Positions 1 to 12,300 of a stretch of DNA of 64,000 nt are shown piece after piece. A program made the translations under genes and the position numbers. A model generated the notes under the pieces. It was given only the letters and a program-made list of their open reading frames with translations, was not told where the DNA came from and did no database searches. Location: the IMG/VR virus record IMGVR_UViG_3300022594_000001; one strand, 5' to 3'. This DNA is from a virus (lineage: Duplodnaviria > Caudoviricetes). Numbering within the stretch: the first letter of the stretch is position 1; each line of letters begins with the position of its first letter.

Positions 1-345
1 TGTTTCAATAAAATTGCGTGTTGGGTCTGTATTATTACTAGACTTATCGTCGACTACTTTAGTGTAAGTTTCGTTATACAAGCTAGCATTTGAACCAGAA
101 CTGTTTGGTGTTAAGTATGTAATGATTCCAGTTGGGTCAACTGCTGTACCGCCGTTGCCAAACGCCATTTGATAGATAAAACCCTGGCCACTATCGGCAA
201 TACTTTTAGCGAGTGCAATACTCATATTTTCGTAGTGAATGGCGTTACCTTTGTCCTGAAGCACTATAATATTATCAGGCTCAGTTACATCGGTAATTTT
301 AATGTGGCCTCGAATAGCCAGTCCTGTCATGTCGTTACACTGCAT
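1..345 (-). CDS. Conserved phage structural protein, possibly tail-collar/baseplate associated; partial, runs off the left edge; not in the supplied ORF track
   Basis: Manual translation from ATG at 345: MQCNDMTGLAIRGHIKITDVTEPDNIIVLQDKGNAIHYENMSIALAKSIADSGQGFIYQMAFGNGGTAVDPTGIITYLTP..., open for 115 codons to position 1. Purine-rich RBS (GAGAG) and late promoter GATAAATA (373-366) upstream; co-directional with the baseplate operon. Confidence 0.8.
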   Translation of the reverse strand, partial: MQCNDMTGLAIRGHIKITDVTEPDNIIVLQDKGNAIHYENMSIALAKSIADSGQGFIYQMAFGNGGTAVDPTGIITYLTPNSSGSNASLYNETYTKVVDDKSSNNTDPTRNFIET

Positions 346-365
346 AGTAATCTCTCTTTATCTTA

Positions 366-373
366 TATTTATC
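366..373 (-). promoter_or_regulatory. T4-type late promoter (GATAAATA)
   Basis: Matches the gp55-recognised TATAAATA box; about 20 nt upstream of the ATG at 345. Confidence 0.65.
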
Positions 374-394
374 TAGTGTCATTATCTGCTATGT

Positions 395-3300
395 TTATAT
401 ATTCTTGAATTCCGAGTACCAAATACCAGGCTCTGCTCGTAAGAATTGTGCAATTTTGTTACTGTCGTTTTGAATATTAACTGTAGAATCCCAATCTGTT
501 CCTACTCGTTTTACTACTGTAATTCGTGTTCCGAACACAGGAGCATCACGTAAAGTAATTTGATTTGATATTCCATCTACTGTAAATTCTGGTGCAAACG
601 CTTCGTCGCCTTCTGGACTATCTGGATGTAGTTGCGGATTGTAAACACTATACGCATGTTTTTTAAGTCTACGTCCGCCTGCAAATACTTCAATATCGTT
701 AACACTTGCTGGCGTAAAATCTAATAAAACTAACTGTGTGCCATCAGAATCAATATTCTTAGTAATAGTTTCTTCAGTATAAGGTAATGTTTCGCTTACT
801 CCAATTTCTTGGACAATCGAACCAACTTTATGTAACTCACGTACCCCTGTTCCTAACGTACCTCTACGTAATTGCCCTAGAACATTACCATTTAATGTAA
901 AGTACTCAATTCTCTCTCCCGCTATTTCAATAATACCAGGTTTGTTATTGCTAGGGCTAGGAGGATCAAAGCTACTTGAATCAGCAACGTGAATTGTTAC
1001 ATCGGTAGGCTTTAATTCTTGTGTTAGCATAGTTTGTTTCATCTTGTTTAGACGTTTAAATATTGTTCTATTCAAGATGTCCTTAAATTGCATGTAAGCA
1101 ATGCCAGAGGTAAGAATATTAGTACCAAATGTAATGATTGTAAATTCATCATTTAAGTTAGGATCAAATGCTAATTTGATACTTTGCTTATCTTGATTTA
1201 GTTTAAAATCAATACCAGGTGTTAATAATGTTCCGTTTTTAATTACCCAGACATAGTTATCATTTAAAACTGCTCTATCCAAGTGTAATAAACCACTAGA
1301 TAGTCCTCTATATCTGTAATATTCTTCTGTCGAAGCTGTTAATGACAAATTAGAAGTAATATTAATTGCTGTTCTTTGAATATCAAGAACATCGTGCTTG
1401 TAAGAACTGATGACTTCAATTTCATCTGCTGAAGTATATACTTGACTTGTAATTAATGCAGGCGGAATACCTGGAACATATTGATATCCATCATTTTGTT
1501 TAATACTAATAATCAATTCTTTTCCAGAATATTTCTTGTAAACCGACTTATTGATTTTTACAGTAATTCCGCTTAAATCTAAAATATAATCAGTAGCTGG
1601 GCTTAACAAAATTCCATTAGCTAACACAGCGATGTCATTAGCCGACACAGTGTATGGCAAGAATTTAGTTGGGTCAACTGTATAATTTAATTTGTTGCTC
1701 TTAATTGTAAAATAACTGTTATTAGGAGCAAGTAAAATTTGCTGATTAACTCTAACAATCATATTTGATTCTAGTGGCAATGCATCACCGACAACGTTAG
1801 CTAACGTATAAGTGTCAGTTCCGTTGCCTCTAAACATTTCAGATTTAGTAATAGCAAACGATTGCTGTGTTCCGCTAACAATTACAAAAGTAATTAACGC
1901 CTGGTCCTTAGGAGCATCAATAAATCTAATTCCAATTCTATTAGTACTTTCATACGATGAATCTGTTTTAAATAAAACAACATTAGCAGGTTGTCCATCA
2001 ACATATACCATGTGTGATACTGTTTCTAACCACGGTGCTTTTGTAATAAACTCAGTAGTATTTCCGTTACCAATAAAATAATCTAAATCTAAAATATTAG
2101 ATCCGTTAAATCCTAAACTAAACACCGACAATGTAACTCCGTTAGCCGGAGGTGTTACTGTGTTAATAGTTTTATTTGTGTAATCAAATGTATAATCTAC
2201 ATCACGTTCTAAAATATAAGACTGTCTGCTAGGAATTCCATTAATGTCGACAATCTTTTCTACAGTTTTAACAATAACTGCTTGGTTGCTGTTAGGTAAT
2301 TGACTAATTCCAAACTGGGTTCTTTCACTGTCGCCCAAGTAACTATCTACTTTAATTACAGCACTACCGCTAGACGGTCTGTCATAAATTTTAATCGACA
2401 CTGCATCAGCTACTTGCCCCGGAACTACCTCTTCAGGTGCCGAACCGCTCGTAACTGTGTGGAAGCCGTCGCCATCAATTATAATCTCGTCAGCTGTTTT
2501 ACCAGTTGCTGTTGAATAGATACCGCCAACATTTGCTAGTGTTCCGCCTGTTAAGGATGTATCATAATCGTCAGTCTGTGGTGTTATACTACCATCGCTA
2601 GTACTTTGACGAATTATAAACTTATCGCCTTCATTTACCTGGAAAGTATCTGGTATTGTTATTGTACTAGATATACCGTCAGCGATATGAGGAAGCATTA
2701 TTGCATATGGATTGGTTTGATCAACTGTTCCGTAGTTTGGATCGTCAAGTCTAATTTTATTTAAGTATGCTTTAATTTCAAACTTTGCATGTTGTACTAA
2801 TGGTTCAGTTAATTGAACTAAACCATTAGTATTAATAACATAATCAGTTGGGTACAGCATTGTTCGTGTAAAGATTGCTGTTGAACCCGATGGAATAGTT
2901 CTAAATAAAATCTGATCAAGTTTAACAAGACGAGTAGAATTAATAATTTGTACAATCTTACAATTATAAGCAACACCGTTAAGCACTGACGGAATAGTTA
3001 GCACGTCACCTGCTTTTAATCCTGTAACATCGTTTAACACAATAGTATCAATACCTAAATTACTAACCTGAGAAACTGTTCTAGTAATTGTAGCAACTAC
3101 AGATAACGGAGCATTATCGTAAACACTAAATGCATACTCAGTAGTAACACCATCAGTATCTAATGTAGAGTCAACATTTAATAATGAATAATAAACATTT
3201 ATCTCAGTACCAGCTTCAGGAACATATCCTAAATCAAAAGAATGTGTATCAGCAGCAACCGTAGCAATAACATCATTGTATGATTCGTCTAAACTTGCCC

Positions 3301-6300
3301 ATTTATCTGTGTAGTATGGTAGGTTATCCCATCCGCCGTTAACATCAAACCCTAAACCACTAACAATAACTCCGCCGTAATCAATTCCATTCATTAACTG
3401 TGCTAAGTCTTTGCCTAGTTCGCCAGTTGCTGGATCATAATAGAATTGAACTCTATCAGCAGAATTCAATAATGACCAGTCCTTCAAATAAGTAATTTTA
3501 ATTTCAGAACCAGTTGCTGGTGCTACTGTAAATGTAATAGACCCGCTATAACTTGTGTATCCTTTAGAGGTTGATTTAACAATAGACAATTTATAGTTGT
3601 CTCGTAACGCATCAACACCGTTAACAGTAACAGTCGATTTTCCAATACGGACATCAGGGCCCCAAACTAACGGGAACTGTAGTCGACTACCTGTACCGTA
3701 ATGGGTTTCAGTTTGTTCTAAAGTATCAAGGACATAGTTGTTTGTGATTCTATCAAACTTCATTTTAATTAAAGTTGAACGAACCGCGCTATTTCCGATA
3801 ATTGCAACTGCTCTAGCAGGAGTACCATCTGATGCAACTCCACCATCAATTACAATTCTTGGCGCACTTAGGTAACCACTTCCAGGTGTTAGAAGAACTA
3901 TTCTATTAACTTTTCCATTAGCAATAAATGCTCTTGCAGTTGCACCAGAACCCGAATCGCTAACGAATCTTACAACTGGTTCTGTTAGATAGCCCGATCC
4001 AGAACTGACTAATTTAATATCAGTAATTTCAAAACTTGCATTATCTAACCAATGCTTCCACGGATAAGATTGTACAGCACTATCATATGCCACAATCTTT
4101 CCATTAGATACAGTAGCATCAACTGTAGTTACCGAACCATTTTCATACACCGGTGGTAAATCAAAGTCAGTCACCGACATCATGCCAGTATCTAAATTGC
4201 TATAGTTGCTAATATACTCTCGAATTTTTGTTCTGTAAGGCTTGACTTCATTTACATATGCTTCAAAGTCTGGTAGATTATCATTAGAGTAAGTAACTTT
4301 TTGTTTTAGCTCTCCAATATTATGATGAACTTTAACAAAACTAGTTTTAAATGCCCAATCAATATTACCTTGTTCTGCAAATGCATAACGCAAGTTAGCA
4401 AAGAATAAACTTAGGTATTCTGTCTTTAAATCGTCAATTAAAATATTATTCTTAATTGTTAATAATATGTTTCTTAATTCAACCGATGCAGAGTTATCAA
4501 AGATTCCGCCGTCATATAATGCACCGTCGTAACCATATATACTGCCTTCAAAATTATATAAACTAGGTAAGAACTGAATCGTTCCGTTTTGTAAACCTAT
4601 CACTTCATAACTTTGTGTCCAATCAATGGATGTTGAATCAGCATACTTGCGCAATAATACCCAATTACCGGAATTGTTTGTTAAAACTTTAACAATCTGT
4701 CCAACCTTTGCAGAAATATTGTTAAGTTCAGACAGCACACTAACTGCATAATCAGCTGCTACATATTGACTGATACCTTCTGCATACCAATCAACAAATT
4801 CCCAATATTTTCTTGTATCGTATGTTTGTCCATAAATGCGTGACCATACTTGAGTAGTTGGTTCGTACGCATAAATGCTCCAATTGTTATTTGCCTGGCT
4901 ATCACTATGAACTAGTACAGAATAATTTCTTACTAATAAAATTGTGTTGTCATTATAACCTTCACCAGCATTTTCTATAGTGACGCCAACAATCTGACCC
5001 TTAGCATTTATTTTTGTACGAATCTTTGCATTGATACCTGTACCAACAATATCAATATAAGGAGCAACTAAGTAACCGTTACCTTTTTCAAGAATATTAA
5101 CACCTGTAATTTTACCATCTTCGATAATAGGTGTTAACGAAGGTTTAATAAAAGTACTAATTACAGCAAAGCGCAATTCTAAGTCAGTATCTAATACAGT
5201 ATCATACGTGCCCTTAATGATATTAGGTTCTACATCATATGTTTCTAATAACGCTAAATTTCTGTCTTCCGCTATTTGATTGTTAATCAATACTCTGTTA
5301 ACTTGTTCGATAAATTGTTTCAACGCTTCGAAACGATTCACAAACATGCTTTGACGTGGACGGTTTTCAATACCGTAACGTAATTTAATCGGCAATGAAG
5401 TATCAGGAACAACACGTCCGCTAGCATCTTTACCGCAAAGACTATCAAACCATTTTTGTTCAATTGCAGATGGCAACTCTGATTCAACGTCATTGCTAAT
5501 CATTTTCCATTCAGTATGGATGTTTCTTGTAGAACTATCAACAGTCCAATACTCAACAGATAAAGCAACATTATCGCTCTGTAATAGCGGCTTAACGTTA
5601 ACTAAACTGAAACTATTTGCACTAGTTAGCGCAAGGTATTCATAACCCTGACCTCTTGGGTTTTCTATTAAACTAGCAACATCCTTGGCAGAAAGATTTC
5701 TGCTTATTAAATTAGGAACTGTTGTTTTATTTTTAACCCAATAATAATATGTTTTCTTGTATGTCTTAGATATGTTATCGTATCGTTTTATAACACTATA
5801 AACTGTATCATCATATAAGGTTGTTCCGCTAATACCAAGTGATAATCCCTCTTCGGTATCAGTAATTGCATTCCATGCGGACGGCAACAATGTAGAGCTT
5901 ACCCATTCGTAAACATCTATACTTGCTCCTGGGAATAACGTATTCCATGTGCTGTTTCTGTAAACAACATCATTATCCGAACTGTCAATAAATTTAGCAG
6001 TTCTTAAATCCCACCACAACGTACCAACTTGTGTTTTAGCCCATGCTGTTCCATCATCTACATTAAGATCAGTTGTTCCTACAGAATATACTGCCGGGTC
6101 ATAAAACGTTTTATACTTAATTTCTTGTTCAGCAACGCCTGGTATTTTACCTTGTGTGGAATCAATTACATCAAGATAGGTAATTAATTTATTTGTATTT
6201 GTGTTGTACAAGAACGCTTGTTTAATCTTAGTTACATCTACCTTATCAATTTGATAATGCAACACTTCCCAACTTGATGTGTTGTTTAATTTTGCATATG

Positions 6301-9300
6301 AATAAACTTTACCAGATACAATGCCTTGATCTAAAGCTGTTGGAGCACTTACAAAAATTACATTTGACCCAACACTAAATCCGTGTCCAAAATTATCAGA
6401 CTGGTTTGACGGATTAGAGATTGTTTCTCCATATATCCATTGAGTTACATATTTGTCATATACATCAATTTGGCCATGAAGAGCGTTAACGGCGTTGCTA
6501 AGAATAACGAGTGTTCGGCTATCGTTCATTAACGCAACTTTTGTTCCAAAGTAACTATTATTTGTAGGAACATTTTGTGTTATAGCTTGTAACACTGTAG
6601 TTGTGGTACCATCATATCCATAAATTGCAACAACACCTTGATTGGAATTTGCCGTGGCATCAGATACTACAAGATAATTTCCATTGTTAGATACTGCAAC
6701 ACTAGATCCGCCCGATACTGAAGTTATCGATTGGTATTGTCCATTAACATTAGAGTATACATATGTCTTTAAAGGTACCGCAGTTGTAACTAACAGTGTC
6801 GAACTATCATTGCTCATTGCTAATGCAGATCCAAATCCAACTTCTCCATTAGTAGGAAATAACACATTATCAACATACTGCCACTGTGTTAGCGTAAATT
6901 GTAATTGTCCAGATGGAGTAGAGTCAGGCAAACTACTTACGATGATTGTTGTCGAATCAATTACTTGCTGGACTGTTTGACCGCTAGTAAACCCAGTACC
7001 AACAATAGTCATTCCCTCAACAATTGTTCCAGTTCCTGCTGATAATTTTACAGTATATGCTGAACTACCAACTGGATTGTAAGAAGCTGTTGCGTTTGTA
7101 GATGTTACATATTCTAATTGATATACAATATTGCCACCTGGCGCAGTAACAAATAAAGTATTATTTCCAAATACTAAACTTGCTCCAAATTGTTCATCGT
7201 TATCGGGATATTGGCTAGCAAATGTATGAACCGCTGTAAAAATATTATTACTATCCTTACGATAGATTGTTACAACTCCGTGATTTGTTAAACCAGAATC
7301 GGTTCCTAAATCATCAACAATATTTAATACACCGTCGTATCTTATCAATGCGTCTGTTGCTAATGGTACTCCGACTGCTAGCCATGTACTGTCTGCAGAC
7401 AATGCAATAACATCGCCAGTTTGAGTTTCCGGTGTTGGGTTAGACAATCCTGGAGTAGAAATAAATGGTGGCAGAATAGCTTGGCGCTGCACCCATGGTG
7501 CTGATGCTCCAATTCTATCGTAGACAACAATTTCTCCAGCTGCGTTTGATATAATAGAAATTGTACCAGTGTTGTTAACTAAAACCTTTCTACCATAATA
7601 GGTATCTACTTGAGGAATTGTATTAACAATCTCAGATTCTTTATAGACATTGTTGTGCTGCCATACAGCCCATTTGCCGTTACCGTTATTGTCAGTCCAG
7701 ATTTTTTCATTCTCAATTAGTGTTGCAGGTAGAATTTGTGAAGCATTATCAATAGAGTCAACACGTTGAGTTAGTATTGATGAAATTGTTATTGTACTTA
7801 AATCTATTAAAGGTGTCCAAGCTGGGATGGTAGCAGATACGCTAAATGTGCCCTCGCCAGTATTAGTAACTTGATAGAATCCATTTAATATTGTTGCTCC
7901 GCTAATACCAACATAATCGCCTATTGAGAAAGGGATAGTGTTTGCAGAAATTGTTAAAACTTTATTAGAATAGGTTGCACCCGATACTAATAAGTTAGCA
8001 TTAGTATATCGATAAACATTCCAGAAATGCGGAGGATTATCAAATGCGCACCAAATGTAGCTGCCTTCGCTAAACTTAGATATATCTTGATTTAATATAT
8101 CGCTTAGATTTGCAAGAGTAACTGTAACATCTTCTGTTCTTACATAACCCGGAGTGCGAAGATAAGGTTTAAAATTCTTGATTAAAGGCCAAGGTGCATT
8201 GTTATAACCTAAAGGTTTTAAGTATACATCATTTGGTGTTTGACGAATAATAAAATCAACTAGAGATGTGTTTACTGAATTAACTAGTTCAACTCCTTGA
8301 GGATTTGACTTAAACAATTCTTCACTTAAAATAAATTCAATGTTTTCATATGCTGCATTTGAACCGTACTGACCAAGACGCAATGCCCATTCTTCGTAGA
8401 ATGATAAACTATCTTGATTAGCAGAGCTTAATACATCAAATAATTTGTTGAGAACATTTTGTGTACCCTTTTCAGCAATCATACCTTGATAGAATTTAAA
8501 TTCACTAACATCATCTTTAATAATGTTATCAAGATATTGACGCTTTTGATATCCGACTAAATGTTGAGCTAGTTGTTGCTGTGACGAATCAAAGTTATCA
8601 CTATCTAGACTATAAAAGTCCATAAACTGCCCGGCTTTGTATGTCCAGTTTGGTAACAATTCTTGTGTTGGTGGGTTGATATCTTTAACCCAATCAGTTG
8701 GGTTAAACGTTTCTGTTCCTGCAACAAACGACTGAGCACTGTAATAAAACTCTTTGTACTTGACAATATCGCCCAATGCATAATCTTGCCATGCTTGCCA
8801 CTCTTGAACAACTGCTCTATCAAATATAAATCCAGGCACATCAAAACCACCGTACCAGTTGGTGCTTATGTATCCAGCAACTTTGATACGCTCTTGTCGA
8901 TATCCGCTAGCAGGACTATAAATTACGTCGTTAAACATAGTTGTATTGTTAATAATTACAACTTGCTCTTGCTGTATTAGATAAAAACTTGCACCAAAGA
9001 TCCCGTTTGAATCTCTCGGAGAATAGCTTACTGCGTTGTCTTCTCTATACGAATTTAAAAAGTGTGGCTGCAACGGAGAACCGTCAACTTTAAAAATTTC
9101 GTAACTGTTAAATGCGTTTGAAATATCGTCAACTACACTTAACGGTGTTGAAAATGTAATCTTTGTTGCGCTTGGGCTTAAAGAAATAACCGAGCTGCCA
9201 ACGGTGCTTAAACCATCTAATTTATCGTAGTCTACCTCATCGAAAATATCAGTAGCTTCGATATTTCGTACTGCACGATAATAGTCACCGTTGTATCGTA

Positions 9301-12300
9301 CAATCTCATTAAATTTAATTTGTTGTGACGGATTCCACTCTTTCCATTTGTCTTCGCCTGTGCTCCAGTTTTGTGTAGTCCAGAATAAAAACTCTTTAGC
9401 ACTAGTTTCCCAATTTGTTATAGTGTTTAAAGTAGTGTTAAATTCATCAAAAATAAATCCTTGATCCTTTAAATACTCTCCGTATCCTTGTAAGAAATCA
9501 ACTACTTCTTGCACTGAACTAAATTTAGTTCCATAAGGAACAATGATTGGTTCTCTATTCCAAGTTTTTCTTAAAATTGCATTCTTGCCTCCAATGATAG
9601 GCAACGAATCTAACAATTGATAGTTAGTTGGATCAAACTGTGAGGTAGTTGTATGCAAGACTTTAGATCTGTAAAATCTCTTGTTGTATTGAACAATTTT
9701 TCCAACAGCATATTGTACACCAGCAGTCCATGTTGAATAACTTTCTGAGATACCACCAACGTTAATAGTAATACCAGACTGTGTCCAAGCGTAATATTTA
9801 AAATATGGCTCGGTTAGACTATAGCCCTTAATGTCATAACCGTCACTAAATTTTGTAATAATAACTGCACTATAACTAATCTTTTTAATAGGGCTAGAAC
9901 TGTTAAGAATAATATTGTAATCTTCTTGAGGTACAAATACACTACCCTGACTTAAAGGTGTTTTACTATCTAATAAAAGATTAAACTTTTCTTTACTTGT
10001 AAATGCGCCAACACGATAGCTTAACTTTGCTGTTATATTTTGTAAATCGTTAACGTATGCGTTATATGATTTTAAATTGTCACTTAAAATATAATCAACA
10101 ACATAATTTATAATTCCAGCAGTTTGTACAAATGAAGTGCTTGAATAAATGCTTGGAAGAATAATGTCTTTAGGTGTAATTCTTAAATTAGTATCTTTAT
10201 AAATTAATTGTCCAGCAATATTTCTGACAATACGAGATCTGTCTAAAACTAAGCCAAATGTTTTTGCAGGTTGTAGAAGCATTGATGTAATTAGTACGCT
10301 GAATGGATAGTAGCTGCTACGTCTCCATGCTGCTTCGACCGGGCTTACATCACCAAATACAAAATCTCCTGCTGTAGATGTTGTGGTAATACCTTGTGAC
10401 AATCCAGAAATTAACGGACTTGCAATGTTTCCATCTTCGTCAACTGGACAATAATTTTCTAAATATGATCTTACATACTGAGGTAACACAACTGGCGGGA
10501 CACCCGGTTCTCTAACAGTACCGGTTGCTAAATCATTCCACAATGGTTTATTATCTTTTGTATAAGGTGCAGGACCGTATACCTGTGTCCACCAAGATGG
10601 CTCTTCGCTAAATCCTAACATTTCCCAAGGACATAGATTAGGACGATCTGTTCCTAATAACCAGCGATATACACCTCTCCAATATCCAGGAGTTTCACGG
10701 CCGTCAGGAGCAGAGTGTCCCCTATAATTAAATGTTAAAGGATTATTTCTATCATAGCTAAGTGGCTTTGTAAAATCTTTATCAACTAGTGTTAACCACT
10801 TGTAAAAGTTTGGAGCTAATGCTGTGTTGAATTCATCTAAAGAATAATCTGATTCTCTGTTATAAAGAGGAACAACAGTATCTACATCAAAAATATCAGG
10901 ATTATACTTTATTTTAATGTTATTATAGATTCGTTTTTCTAATTCTAGAATTAAATCATCGCGGTAATCACCGTATGCAAGAGTCTGACTACCGTCATGT
11001 CCCTGTATCATCACTCTAGGTGTTAGCAATGTTGTGTCAGTATAAATCTTAGGCTCATACTTTGGCCAGATACCTAACTTTGTAGGTGTCTCGGGAACAA
11101 AACAGCCATTAGTGTTATCGTATTCAACAATAGTTACAGTATCACCGTTTGTTAAATCAACACTATTGTCAATTACAATAAACCCCTGAGCATCAAATGT
11201 ATATTGTCTGTTAGCTAATAACTGAACATTATTTAAATATACACCAACTGCTTTAGTAGACAATGTGTCAAGGCTAAAATAATTTGTCAATGGATATGTT
11301 TTAATTCTATAATCTACTACAGTAAGAGGTGTAATAACTTTTGCACCGTATGGCACCATATCACTAAAATAAAACGGAGCAGAATTAGGAGTGTCCTTGT
11401 TAATTTTTTCTAAAATTAAATCTACGTGAGATACTGTGTCAGTATCAACACCTAATTTTTCTGCAATGTTAATAAAGTTTCTTTTAAACTTTCCATACTG
11501 CTCTCGAGCATATTCGATAGATCGAATAATATTATTGTTTTCGCTAGTAATATGATATAAACTTAAACTTGCAGGGCCGCTATGCTGTACAAATTTTGTG
11601 CCGTAGGGTGTTACACTTCCTAAATCACGTAAGTTACTTGCGCCCGGAAAGGCTCCAACAAAGTTAATTAAATTTTCTACAATAGAATTAACGTGATCGT
11701 TTACTTCACCTAAAGTAAAAGAAGTAATAGACTCATTTAACGGATTGTTTTGTAAATTAACAGGGATTTCGTAGTATCCATTGCCATTAATAGGCTGGCT
11801 TGCAAATGCTTTAATAGTTAAAACGTCTGTTGCAGAAATATCAGAAGCTAAGATAACACGTTTAAAAATAACTCCGTTAACTAAGTTCCACTTTGACGGG
11901 TCAAGGCGTATACCGTTAACATAAATTCTTACAACTAAATCATCTAAATTGTCAATGTTATCAAAAATATCAAGATCAAAGTTATTAACTTTATTTGAAT
12001 TTTTATATATTCTAATTGCAGGTTGAGTAGTTTCAGTTTTGCAAATTTCCCAACCATTAACATATGTTATAGAATTGTCAGTATTTGTTTTCTTTAAAAA
12101 TCCAACATCAGTTGTTAGAGTTTTAACTGAGGCAATATCTTTATACTGGAATGAATCACTTAAAATATTAAAATTAAAAACAATATCGCCGATATTATTA
12201 ATATTTTTGTAACTTAAAGCAAATCCTAAATTGTTATCAACTGTACCAGTTCCCACTTTATAAGAAAATAATGTTGTTCCTTTAAATGTTGAACCATTAT

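Noticed and set aside
169-408. 79-aa + strand ORF in the track
   Set aside because: Antisense to a better - strand gene (1-345) that has an RBS and a late promoter.
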